64,000 bases of DNA from assembly GCA_965218095.1 (NCBI GenBank), contig OZ244587.1:4640001-4704000 (forward strand). The letters run 5' to 3'. The position numbers and the translations under genes were made by a program. Of the stretch, positions 48,417 to 58,168 are shown piece after piece (within the stretch, counting starts at the first letter, position 1; the number at the start of each line of letters is the position of its first letter). Origin of the DNA: Candidatus Poribacteria bacterium (GTDB lineage: Bacteria; Poribacteria; WGA-4E; PCPOR2b). Below the pieces are notes generated by a model. That model saw nothing but the letters and a program-made list of their open reading frames with translations. It searched no databases and was not told where the DNA came from.

Positions 48417-49508
48417 TCAAAAATTGAATCCTTCAGGTTGCCCAGCATATTTTAGAATATGACTGTAAGGTGGCTTATACCCCTGTGCGACCACATTCAG
48501 GATTTCTTCCCGCCTCGTTAGACGTTCTGCGGGGGGTAGCTCGACGATAATGTCTTCGACATCATGAGGGCCAATTTGCCAATGACCGACAACTGCTCCT
48601 TGAAATGCACCGTCAACCAGCAGGTATTGAAGAACCTCTTTATCCTTGAACCGCTGCTTTAACTGGCTAGCGTGGGACCGGACCAGAGTATCTGATTTAT
48701 GGAGCATGAATACCGATGGCGGCACTTGATAGGATTTCAAAGGCAGGTCTTCAGCACAACAGAAACCTTCTCCGAGTCCCCTCACGGTTTGCGGAACGAT
48801 CGTCCCGTTTTTCTCCATTTCACAGACCAATTGTGCTAAAGCCTTGACGGGAAACCGGGACCAGTCTCTCAGTTGCTCCAAGGTCCCGAAGACGTGTCCC
48901 CGCAGGAAACGAAGCAAAACTTCAGCGGCAGCGGTCTCCCACGAAAGGTCTAAATCGACCGCTGGCCATTCTGAGGCAAAGTCGTACCAATCGCGTTCCC
49001 AATCGCTATTGACCTGGTCTTCATACACCAGAAAAGCCTCCTGAAGCCGGTGCAGAGCAGGCATGATCTGTTTGTTGAGTAACCCCGTTTCTGCTTTAAT
49101 CTGGCGTGGGGTGAGCGGTCCCAGGTATTTGACCCGGTCGAAGACGAGATGTTGTGTCTCGTTGAGTTTGAGCAGCGGCCGACGAAAAGCATTGGCATAG
49201 CGTTGGAGATCCTTAGCGAGAACATAACCAATACGTCCACCGAGGAAACGCCCCTTGACGATGATGTGCTGCGCTCTCCACCGGTCTGTCAATTCACCGT
49301 CATCAAAGGTAATTCGATGCACCAGACGGGGCGGTTCACCTGGACGTGTGTTGTGGACAGGCGACACCGGTTGCAATAACGAAAAAAGTTCCAGATACCC
49401 ATGCGGATCTTTGAGTGGTTGAGTAAGCTGCTGGCGTCGAAGGCGTTCAGCAAGTATTGTTTGTGGACTGATGCTTATTTTCACCGGACACTGCTCCAAA
49501 TTAACCAC
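48417..49508 (-). CDS. YcaQ/AlkZ-like winged-helix DNA glycosylase family protein
   Basis: RL.RQ.L, LQP, GPLT..QI, L.RFL..H, LLVDG...G..VG.W. Confidence 0.55.
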   Translation of the reverse strand: MVNLEQCPVKISISPQTILAERLRRQQLTQPLKDPHGYLELFSLLQPVSPVHNTRPGEPPRLVHRITFDDGELTDRWRAQHIIVKGRFLGGRIGYVLAKDLQRYANAFRRPLLKLNETQHLVFDRVKYLGPLTPRQIKAETGLLNKQIMPALHRLQEAFLVYEDQVNSDWERDWYDFASEWPAVDLDLSWETAAAEVLLRFLRGHVFGTLEQLRDWSRFPVKALAQLVCEMEKNGTIVPQTVRGLGEGFCCAEDLPLKSYQVPPSVFMLHKSDTLVRSHASQLKQRFKDKEVLQYLLVDGAFQGAVVGHWQIGPHDVEDIIVELPPAERLTRREEILNVVAQGYKPPYSHILKYAGQPEGFNF

Positions 49509-49616
49509 TTGTATAAGGCTGTGCTATTGCCGAAACCGGGAGAAATTTGGTAAAATTTTGCTCCTTACCTGAACGGTTACACTTCAAGAAGCAGTTGCAT
49601 TCTTCCTCCGACCTGT

Positions 49617-50681
49617 TCACCACCCCTTATAGAAAGTTCCACCAATAAATCGGATGCCATCGTCCCTGTGGAAATAGTAGACGGTCAAGAGAGTGTCATC
49701 ATCCAACTCGACCGAACAGGGATAACCGATATCTCCATCTGAACCGTCGTCTCGCAGCACCTTTTCATCTCCCACGTCCCATGTTTTTCCCCCATCCAAG
49801 CTTCGCACTGCCCGCACGCCGTATGGGGGGCGCCTATATCCGTATGCGCAGAGGGTTGCCCCGCTCCGCAGTCGCAGAAGGTGTCCGGGAAAACCCCACA
49901 TCGGAACGCGCTCGAGGGTGCTCCACCGATGGCCCCCGTCTTCAGATATTGACTGGTACATGTGTCCTCCTCCAGCGGCAGAATCCACGCGAACCATCGC
50001 TAGGATGTCGCCATCCGGAAACTCAAGCAGCGATATCTCATGGTAGTTGAAGGTGGCTGAGGGGTCGGAGGCGATGATTGATGACGCTCCCCACGTCTCT
50101 CCGCCATCTCTCGATTTCACGACACACGCAGAGTGATTCTTCACCGCCATATCTGCCAACGTGAGGGAGCCGCATAGAGGCATCAGGAGCGTTCCATCCT
50201 TGATCTCCAGAATTGGGCAACGCAGGGCGACGCCGTAGTTAAGTGGGCTCACGTCGACCTTCTTATGCGCTGACCAGGTGTATCCGTTGTCATTCGACTT
50301 GCGCACGAACACGCCGTCTTCCTGGGTTGACTCACCTGCCTTCACGCGTTCCACAAAGTTCGGACCGATGACCGTGTAATGCGTAATGAGTGAGCGGTCA
50401 GAAAGAGCGGTGATGCCGATATTTCCCAAACCAAGAGGTATGTTTGAAATCGTCACTTTGGTGGAGGGATGCCAGGTCTTCCCTTCGTCCTTCGATCTAA
50501 TCAACACGCCCCACGAAGATTGGCCTCCATGCGTGTGACCTCCTCCCTCCAAAGCGAGAGATTCCCGGTAGACTGTGACGAGGTCGCCGTTCTGCAACTT
50601 TGCTATGCAGGGGAACGCGCTTTGTACGCTTCCATCAGGACTCTTGTGGATGATTACATGAGACTGACTAGTAGTTGACAT
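49617..50681 (-). CDS. BNR/Asp-box sialidase-family protein
   Basis: AFP.I..L.NGDL; five S.D.G.(T/R)W boxes; D.GYP.SVEL.D. Confidence 0.8.
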   Translation of the reverse strand: MSTTSQSHVIIHKSPDGSVQSAFPCIAKLQNGDLVTVYRESLALEGGGHTHGGQSSWGVLIRSKDEGKTWHPSTKVTISNIPLGLGNIGITALSDRSLITHYTVIGPNFVERVKAGESTQEDGVFVRKSNDNGYTWSAHKKVDVSPLNYGVALRCPILEIKDGTLLMPLCGSLTLADMAVKNHSACVVKSRDGGETWGASSIIASDPSATFNYHEISLLEFPDGDILAMVRVDSAAGGGHMYQSISEDGGHRWSTLERVPMWGFPGHLLRLRSGATLCAYGYRRPPYGVRAVRSLDGGKTWDVGDEKVLRDDGSDGDIGYPCSVELDDDTLLTVYYFHRDDGIRFIGGTFYKGW

Positions 50682-50727
50682 ATCAAATTTCCTTTCATAT
50701 GGCTGGTGTGAAATTATCTAAGACGGT

Positions 50728-52134
50728 TCAGTCGCCTGTCGCTGAACGGAACGAGTAAATCTCTGCAGACCGAAGCAGAAAACGTAACGCAATCTGCTTA
50801 CCAATTAGCGCCTTTAGGTCTTGCGGCTGATCCAACCAAGTTGGTTCAGCGGACACGTCATCACGATAAAGTGGATTGCTCTCGCATCTCGAATAGCCGG
50901 GGATGACGGCGCCCCCCTCGTCCAGAATCTCGATCCGCAGCCACCCGTCGCTGCTATCGAGCCCGGTGTAAGTCCACAGGTTACCACCGGATACACGATA
51001 GTTGACACGAAGTCGCCCACCCGGCCACACGAATGGCTTGGTCGTCACCAATCCCTCACGTCTGCCGGCGCGAAGCGAGACGAACCCGTCCACTCGGAGC
51101 TTCGCCAATCCGATGCACCGATTGTGAGTCATGAAGCGGTCGCCATGAAAACTCGGACCCCCATAGTAGTAAATCCAGATCGCATCCTCGCATCGAATGG
51201 GAGGGCCGTTGGCGGGCGTGGATACCGCATAGTCGAACGCCCCGATATCCCGCCCAGTCGGGGGCGTCGCGAAGAACGGTGTCCGGGGTCGTAGGCGATG
51301 CCAAGAACGGGTGTCCCGGCTCACCGTCAGCTCCACATCGGCATAAGGCGGCTCGCACGTGTGATACCGTTCGATGAAGCCGAGGTACAGGCTTTCGTAT
51401 CGGAACGCACTCATTTGATAGAACTCGACATACGGCCCATCCTCCAGGTCCGGACGTAGTGCGAGTTGCGACGCAGATGAGACCGTCCGCCCATCCCGGC
51501 TGCCGACCCGATAGACGCACCGAATCCACTGTCGCTCACGCATATCTTTGCCGTCTCGGCTGAGGATAACGTACGGTTCTTCTGCCTGTGGATCGAAGAG
51601 CGCCGTGGTGCGATCCCCGAAACCGGGTAAGATGGCGTCCTCCTGCTTCGATGGAATCGTCCAGTGCAGTCCATCCGGTGAGTTGCCGACGAAAACGCCG
51701 GTTCCTTGATAAAGCATCAGCTTCCATGGGCGCTCTGTGTCCCGCGTGTCATGCAATATCGTCGGCCCGTCCATCCGCAACGGCGTGGCGAAGAGGACAT
51801 TGCTGGGTCCGCCAATGACGTCCCGGCAGATATCTAGTTCCGGTCGCGTCCAATGAATTCCGTCCTCGCTGGTGATTGTACATAGCATCGAACGGTACCC
51901 CTCGTAGTCGCGCGGGTGAGTCACATACCAGGCGCGAAAGCCACCGGCCACCTCATCGCGATAGACCCCCGCGATAAAGCTGATGCTGGGAATCTCCCAC
52001 GGCATTTCCGGTACAAAGAGCGGATTGAGTCTCGACCGCACGGGCTGGTGCACTACACGCTCCAGAAGCGTCTGGTGTTCGATAATCTCGTCATCCACAA
52101 AAAGTTGAGCTTGGCAAACATCAATCGGAATCAT
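50728..52134 (-). CDS. Five-bladed beta-propeller glycosidase-like protein (copy B)
   Basis: QLFVDD, S.DGIHW.RP, SRD...W.R, IGLA.LR.DGFVSL. Confidence 0.65.
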   Translation of the reverse strand: MIPIDVCQAQLFVDDEIIEHQTLLERVVHQPVRSRLNPLFVPEMPWEIPSISFIAGVYRDEVAGGFRAWYVTHPRDYEGYRSMLCTITSEDGIHWTRPELDICRDVIGGPSNVLFATPLRMDGPTILHDTRDTERPWKLMLYQGTGVFVGNSPDGLHWTIPSKQEDAILPGFGDRTTALFDPQAEEPYVILSRDGKDMRERQWIRCVYRVGSRDGRTVSSASQLALRPDLEDGPYVEFYQMSAFRYESLYLGFIERYHTCEPPYADVELTVSRDTRSWHRLRPRTPFFATPPTGRDIGAFDYAVSTPANGPPIRCEDAIWIYYYGGPSFHGDRFMTHNRCIGLAKLRVDGFVSLRAGRREGLVTTKPFVWPGGRLRVNYRVSGGNLWTYTGLDSSDGWLRIEILDEGGAVIPGYSRCESNPLYRDDVSAEPTWLDQPQDLKALIGKQIALRFLLRSAEIYSFRSATGD

Positions 52135-52149
52135 ATATCCTCCTTTGAA

Positions 52150-52283
52150 TCTACCATCCCTATAGCGTCACACGCTTGGCTCTGGGAGAAACGTCGGCAA
52201 ACGCAGGATCATACCAGTCAGGGGTCAAGTCTTTCCACGGCTGCTTTGTCAGACGGTGAGACCTCCGCGTACCACATTTAATC
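52150..52283 (-). pseudogene. 3' stub of the TolB-like gene
   Basis: Matches ~58180-58310; the tail reads ADVSPRAKRVTL*GW*. Confidence 0.65.
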
Positions 52284-52506
52284 ATAAGAACCTTCACTCA
52301 CTTCTGCCTTGCTGCGATGTAAATGGCGAATATATACTTTTTCCAAAGTACATCAACGGCATTAAAGCCCACGGTACAAGAAAATCCAAATGGTGTCGCA
52401 GCAAAATCGGGGGATTTTCCCTGTAAGTTTTCCTGATCGTTTATCCTGTCCTTACGACCCCGATTGCCTAGCATCCAAAAGGCAAACGGGAGGTGCTTTC
52501 AGGTAG

Positions 52507-53094
52507 TTAAAGAACCTTGGGCGGTTGTATCATGGTCTCCGCTAAGGCGAATACGCAGGAACTGTAGGCCTCTCCAAGGCTCTGACGCCAGATTTCCCTC
52601 AGATAGGGTCTGCCTACCACTGGCTCGCCATTCAGCAAAATGCCGCCTTCGTCGGCAAAGCAGAGCACCGTGAAAACAATAGACTCATTGAGTGTCGGTG
52701 GGCCGACCAATGGCGACTGAATCTGCTCCCACGTAGCTACGATGCAATCCTCTCCCACCCGAATCGTCCAGAATAGCGAGCTGCGAACGTCCCCACGGCG
52801 TGTGATTGCCGCATCCAGGACTGGTAGGTCGCGATCGAAGGGATTACCTCGTCCGCGAATCATCGTCTCGCTGATGAATTCGGCCAATTCTCGATTGTCG
52901 GTGCAAACTCCGGTGAAACCCGGATTCCCGGCGATGTCCACAAACGCCACAGTTCCCTCGCCGGCGGAACTATAGTGGGCATGGTAGAGACTGACCATGC
53001 CGCTGTCTGATTCAGCTCTTGGTGGACGTAAATAGTTAATCCAATGTTCACCAGACCAGATGAGGGTTCCTAAACTGTTTTGCAAACCATCCAT
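52507..53094 (-). CDS. Hypothetical protein
   Basis: 195-aa ORF co-oriented with its neighbours. Confidence 0.65.
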   Translation of the reverse strand: MDGLQNSLGTLIWSGEHWINYLRPPRAESDSGMVSLYHAHYSSAGEGTVAFVDIAGNPGFTGVCTDNRELAEFISETMIRGRGNPFDRDLPVLDAAITRRGDVRSSLFWTIRVGEDCIVATWEQIQSPLVGPPTLNESIVFTVLCFADEGGILLNGEPVVGRPYLREIWRQSLGEAYSSCVFALAETMIQPPKVL

Positions 53095-53270
53095 GGCTTC
53101 TGCGTTGATTGAACTTCTCCTCCCTTAAGAAGGGAAATGGTGTGACTTCGGCTCATGTCAAAAGAAAGTGCAAAAGTGTTAGAGAAGCCGCGAAATCATT
53201 GGTGTGAATTTTGCCTTCGCGCGAAGTTTTAACGTGAGCCAACTCTATAGAACGTACAAGAAATGAACAG

Positions 53271-54521
53271 CTAGGCGTGGGAAGGTGGTACAGTAAACTC
53301 CCCTTCCTTCTGTACTCTCTCGTAGGTCCGGGCAAATTCCTCAGAGCTGTCGTCAACCCACAACTCAAAATTGATTCCCCGGATAGTTCCCTCCTCACGG
53401 CCTGTCAACTGACTGACACTGGCCCAGTGTGGGGTATAAATCTTGTGACCGCCTGGCAGGTGCAGGATACCCACGTGTTTGGATGCCTCTATCGGTTTAT
53501 TCGCCGCAAACCGTTTGAGGGTATCTTCGTCTACCTCATAACCCAGTCCGGGGCCTTCTGGGACAGGGGAAAATCCTTCGATTACCGGAATTCGTTCCGT
53601 GGTGATGTCCTCTTCGTACTGGTCGTCCAAGTTGATTGAATGACCGGTCATGGAGGGCAGGACAGCGGCCATATGTAATGCCAACGCCTTCATCAGCGTT
53701 CCCCCTGTCAACTGCATTATCGTCTGGATGTTTGCCAACCCACAAACAGTCCCGCGGGCCAGGGTATCACCGATACTACATGTCGGCAGCCCGTCCCCGA
53801 TCATATAGATGTCAGCCGCACCGAAGATGATCTCCTGGAATCCGCCAAGAACCGGTCTATGCATCACAATCGGGATTTGGGTTTGTTCCCGTAGCATCCG
53901 CCAGCCATCGAGATCAGTCCTTACGAGCGGGTCTTCGATGAAGCCAACGATGGGGTGATTTTTCTCCAACTCACTGACCAGGGGCAGCAAAGCCGCCAGG
54001 GTACGGCTGCCGTTGAAATCGTAGTGTATCTTAAAACCTTCCGGTGCGACTTCTTCAGCGGCGCGTGTCTGCTCTAGGACATCGTACATTGCGCTCGTAT
54101 GCACCTTAAATACCATGTAACCTTGGGCAACCGCCCGACGAATTTCTTCACGGAATACTCTCGGCGAACACGGCCGGGTCCATGCTCCAACGGTGACTGC
54201 ATCTCGCACTTTTTGCCCTATTAGCTTGTAGGCTGGTACTTCAAGGTATTTCCCCATTACATCATAGAGCGCGCCGCCCAAGCCGGGGGTAAATGTATTG
54301 TTGATAAAGTCAAACGGGTTGCGGCCGATGAGAGGCTCGACACTCGATTGCAGAGGCAGAAGACCAGGCCAATCAGAATCGCAGTAGCCGATTAGCCCGT
54401 TGTCTGTGTGGATTTTGAAAACCGCGCGATGGTCTATGCCGCCTAAGCGGGCTTTGTGGTTCTCATAACGTTTTGCCAGCGGCGGGTGAATTCGGATAAT
54501 CTCAATATCGGTAATCTTCAT
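53271..54521 (-). CDS. Mandelate racemase/muconate-lactonizing enzyme family (enolase superfamily)
   Basis: MKITDIE, TDNGL.GY, ALYD..GK...VP.Y.L.G, FK.H, DFN, IEDP, P.GPGLG. Confidence 0.85.
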   Translation of the reverse strand: MKITDIEIIRIHPPLAKRYENHKARLGGIDHRAVFKIHTDNGLIGYCDSDWPGLLPLQSSVEPLIGRNPFDFINNTFTPGLGGALYDVMGKYLEVPAYKLIGQKVRDAVTVGAWTRPCSPRVFREEIRRAVAQGYMVFKVHTSAMYDVLEQTRAAEEVAPEGFKIHYDFNGSRTLAALLPLVSELEKNHPIVGFIEDPLVRTDLDGWRMLREQTQIPIVMHRPVLGGFQEIIFGAADIYMIGDGLPTCSIGDTLARGTVCGLANIQTIMQLTGGTLMKALALHMAAVLPSMTGHSINLDDQYEEDITTERIPVIEGFSPVPEGPGLGYEVDEDTLKRFAANKPIEASKHVGILHLPGGHKIYTPHWASVSQLTGREEGTIRGINFELWVDDSSEEFARTYERVQKEGEFTVPPSHA

Positions 54522-54581
54522 GGTAGACTCCTAACGTCAGGAAAAAGTGATAGCTGTAAGAGAGTATTGAGGTTCGCGCCC

Positions 54582-55808
54582 TTAATCGGCACAGAATATT
54601 CCCTCTGCTTGCACTCGTTCATAGATCTGGACGAACGCTTCAGAACCATCGTCTTCCCACACTTCAGATTTGATTCCCCGGATTGTCCCTTCTTCACGAC
54701 CCGTCACCCTACTCGGTGAAACATAGGAAGGGCCGTAGAACGTGTGACCGCCTGGCATACGCAAGATTCCCACATGTTTGGGTATCTCTATGGGGGTATT
54801 CGCAGCGATGCGCGTCAGGGCTTCTTCGTCCACCTCATAGCCCAGACCGGGGGCTTCCGGAACGGGTGATGAACCCTCGATGACCGGAACCCGCTCTGTG
54901 GTGATGTCCTCCTCGTACTGGTCGTCCAGATTGATCGTATGGGCAGTGTGAGTAGGCAGGACAGCGGCGATATGCAGCGCTAACGCCTTGGTGAGCGTAC
55001 CTCCTGTCAGTTGGACAAGTGTCTGGATGTTGGCCCTTCCAAGAGCGAAGCCCGTAGCCAAGGTATCCCCAACACCGCCTCCGAGCATATAGATATCAGC
55101 AACGCCGCAAATGACTTCCTGCATACCGCCGAGTGGCGTCACGTGCATGATGATTGGGATTCGCGTTTGCTCCCGCAGCCGTCGCCAACCGTCGATATCG
55201 GTCCTCACGAGTGGGTCTTCGATGTATCCGACGATGGGGTGATTCTTCTCCAGTTCACTAACGAGGGGCAAAACCGCTCCCAGGCTACGGTTGCCATTGA
55301 AGTCATAATGAATCTTAAAGCCTTCCGGGGCCACCTCTTCGGCGAGGCGCGTTTGCTCTATGACGTCGTGGTGAGCGCATGTGTGTATCTTAAAGATGGT
55401 GTAGCCTTCTGCCGCTGCTCGGCGGATTTCTTCGCGAAACTCTTCTGGCGAAGCCGGTCGAGTCCAGGCTGCAACCGAAACTGCATCCCGCACTTTTTGC
55501 CCCATTAGTTTGTAAGCGGGCACTTCGAGGTATTTCCCCATCACGTCGTAGAGGGCGCCGCTCAAGCCCATGTCTAAGTTGCTGTTGATGAAGTCAAACG
55601 GATCGCGGCCAATGAATGGCTCTACACTCGACTGAGGAGGTTGCCTTCCGGGGCGCCCTCGTATGTCGCCGTACCCGACCAGCCCATTGTCTGTATGCAC
55701 CTTGAAAACTGTGCGATGGTCTATGCCGTATAAACTGACTTTACGGTTTTTGTAGCGTTTTGCGAGACGTGGAAAAATTGGAATAATCTCAATGTCGGTA
55801 ATCTTCAT
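54582..55808 (-). CDS. Mandelate racemase/MLE family paralog
   Basis: Same motifs; tandem paralog. Confidence 0.85.
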   Translation of the reverse strand: MKITDIEIIPIFPRLAKRYKNRKVSLYGIDHRTVFKVHTDNGLVGYGDIRGRPGRQPPQSSVEPFIGRDPFDFINSNLDMGLSGALYDVMGKYLEVPAYKLMGQKVRDAVSVAAWTRPASPEEFREEIRRAAAEGYTIFKIHTCAHHDVIEQTRLAEEVAPEGFKIHYDFNGNRSLGAVLPLVSELEKNHPIVGYIEDPLVRTDIDGWRRLREQTRIPIIMHVTPLGGMQEVICGVADIYMLGGGVGDTLATGFALGRANIQTLVQLTGGTLTKALALHIAAVLPTHTAHTINLDDQYEEDITTERVPVIEGSSPVPEAPGLGYEVDEEALTRIAANTPIEIPKHVGILRMPGGHTFYGPSYVSPSRVTGREEGTIRGIKSEVWEDDGSEAFVQIYERVQAEGIFCAD

Positions 55809-55851
55809 GTTATCCTCCTGTGTTATATACTTCTAATGGCTTGTTAGGTGA

Positions 55852-56412
55852 CTATTGCAACCTTCGTTTCATAAAAACCGCTATTTCGCCATCAGGATAA
55901 TCATTGTTTGAGTAGTAGGAAATATCAATTCCTTCAACTCGAAAACCCAGTTTGCGATAGATCCTGATAGCGATCCCATTCGTATTCTGCGTCTCGCCAA
56001 CGATTGTTCTAAAACCTGCTCTTTTGGCTTTCTCTGAAACGCATTCCATCAATCGTTTACCAATGCTCATATTGCGATACACCTCTGCCACATGAAACTC
56101 CCATACCCATAAACTGCGATTCCATTTGTGTGGCTCAACAACAACAAGCCCCACAAGCAAATTGCCGTCATATGCCCCAAACGAATAACTGTCGTTGAGA
56201 ACCCTTTCATATCGCTGAAGTGTACCGTCGTCATGGTCCCAGTCCCACTTTTTGACATATGGTCTGTTGAGGGGGACAAGTTGAAGGTCAAATGAAACGC
56301 AACCTTCCGACTCTGTGTAGCTGACAGCATATTTGCTGTCAGAAGAATAGCTGCTTGCCACACGCTTAAGGTCAGTTAAATTCAATTGTGTCAAAGGGCG
56401 AATTTTAATCAT
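55852..56412 (-). CDS. GNAT N-acetyltransferase
   Basis: V...YR..SIGK.LM, ETQN.N..A...Y.K.GF; low GC; stop followed by an ACCTAAC core. Confidence 0.85.
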   Translation of the reverse strand: MIKIRPLTQLNLTDLKRVASSYSSDSKYAVSYTESEGCVSFDLQLVPLNRPYVKKWDWDHDDGTLQRYERVLNDSYSFGAYDGNLLVGLVVVEPHKWNRSLWVWEFHVAEVYRNMSIGKRLMECVSEKAKRAGFRTIVGETQNTNGIAIRIYRKLGFRVEGIDISYYSNNDYPDGEIAVFMKRRLQ

Positions 56413-56449
56413 TGCATTCACACGTGCTAGTCGAAGCTGCATAGCGAGA

Positions 56450-56551
56450 GAGGTTGCTGTTCTGCAACTTTGCTATGCAGGGGAAAGCGCTTTGAACGCT
56501 TCCATCAGGACTCTTGTGGATGATTACATGAGACTGACTGGTAGTTGACAT
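56450..56551 (-). pseudogene. 5' stub of the sialidase-family gene
   Basis: First ~33 codons match the 50681 gene start. Confidence 0.7.
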
Positions 56552-56598
56552 ATCAAATTTCCTTTCATACGGCTGGTGTGAAATTATCCAAGACGGGA

Positions 56599-58002
56599 TC
56601 AGTCGCCTGTCGCTGAACGGAACGAGTAAATCTCTGCCGAGCGTAGTAGAAAGCGCAACGCAATCTGCTTACCAATTAGCGCCTTTAGGTCTTGCGGCTG
56701 ATCCAACCAGGTCGGTTCAGCGGACATGTCATCACGATAGAGTGGATTGCTCTCGCATCTCGAATAGCCGGGGATGACGGCGCCCCCCTCGTCCAGAATC
56801 TCGATCCGCAGCCACCCGTCGCTGCTATCGAGCCCGGTGTAAGTCCATAGGTTACCACCGGATACGCGATAGTTGACACGAAGTCGCCCACCTGGCCACA
56901 CGAATGGCTTGGTCGTCACCAATCCCTCACGTCTGCCGGCGCGAAGCGAGACGAACCCGTCCACTCGGAGCTTCGCCAATCCGATGCACCGATCGCGATT
57001 CATGAAGCGGTCGCCATGAAAACTCGGCGCCCCTTTGTAGTAAATCCAGATTGCATCCTCGCATCGAATGAGAGGGCTGGTGGCGGGCGTAGACACCGCA
57101 TAGTCGAACGCCCCGATATCCCGCCCAGTCGGGGGCGTCGCGAAGAACGGTGTCCGGGGTCGTAGGCGATGCCAAGAACGGGTGTCCCGGCTCACCGTCA
57201 GCTCCACATCGGCATAAGGCGGCTCGCACGTGTGATACCGTTCGATGAAGCCGAGGTACAGGCTTTCGTATCGGAACGCACTCATTTGATAGAACTCGAC
57301 ATACGGCCCATCCTCCAGGTCCGGACGTAGCGCGAGTTGCGACGCAGATGAGACCGTCCGCCCATCCCGGCTGCCGACCCGATAGACGCACCGAACCCAC
57401 TGTCGCTCACGCATATCTTTGCCATCTCGGCTGAGGATAACGTACGGTTCTTCTGCCTGTGGATCAAAGAGCGCCGTGGTGCGATCCCCGAAACCGGGTA
57501 AGATGGCGTCCTCCCGCTTCGATGGAATCGTCCAGTGCAGTCCATCCGGTGAGCTGCCGACGAAAACACCACTTCCATGATAAAGGATGAACTTCCATGG
57601 GCACGCGGTGTCCCGTGTGTCATGCAATATCGTCGGCCCGTCCACCGTCAACGGCGTGGCGAAGAGGACATTGCTGGGGCCGCCGATGACATCCCGGCAG
57701 ATATCCAGTTCCGGTCGCGTCCAATGAATTCCGTCCTTGCTGGTGATTGTGCATAACATCGAACGGCACCCCTCGTAGCTGCGCGGGTGAGTCACATACC
57801 AGGCGCGAAAGCCACCGGCTGACTCATCGCGATAGACCCCCGCGATGATGACGCTGGGAATCTCCCACGGCATTTCCGGTGCAAAGAGCGGATTGAGCCT
57901 CGACCGCACGGGCTGATGCACCACACGCTCCAGAAGCGTCTGGTGTTCGATAATCTCGTCATCCACAAAAAGTTGAGCTTGGCAAACGTCAATCGGGATC
58001 AT
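56599..58002 (-). CDS. Beta-propeller glycosidase-like protein (copy A)
   Basis: Near-identical to 50728-52134. Confidence 0.7.
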   Translation of the reverse strand: MIPIDVCQAQLFVDDEIIEHQTLLERVVHQPVRSRLNPLFAPEMPWEIPSVIIAGVYRDESAGGFRAWYVTHPRSYEGCRSMLCTITSKDGIHWTRPELDICRDVIGGPSNVLFATPLTVDGPTILHDTRDTACPWKFILYHGSGVFVGSSPDGLHWTIPSKREDAILPGFGDRTTALFDPQAEEPYVILSRDGKDMRERQWVRCVYRVGSRDGRTVSSASQLALRPDLEDGPYVEFYQMSAFRYESLYLGFIERYHTCEPPYADVELTVSRDTRSWHRLRPRTPFFATPPTGRDIGAFDYAVSTPATSPLIRCEDAIWIYYKGAPSFHGDRFMNRDRCIGLAKLRVDGFVSLRAGRREGLVTTKPFVWPGGRLRVNYRVSGGNLWTYTGLDSSDGWLRIEILDEGGAVIPGYSRCESNPLYRDDMSAEPTWLDQPQDLKALIGKQIALRFLLRSAEIYSFRSATGD

Positions 58003-58168
58003 ATATCCTCCTTTGAAATCTTCTTACTCCCATCTGGCTGACAATTCGCAGGGTTTGTCCAGGAGGTTGTCAGCACGATGTGGCCGCCCCTGGTCACCTA
58101 TCAAGCGGAACTCACCGGCAGAGTCTGTCAATAATTTTGTGTAAAATCTATTGCGCGGTAAACCTTTC

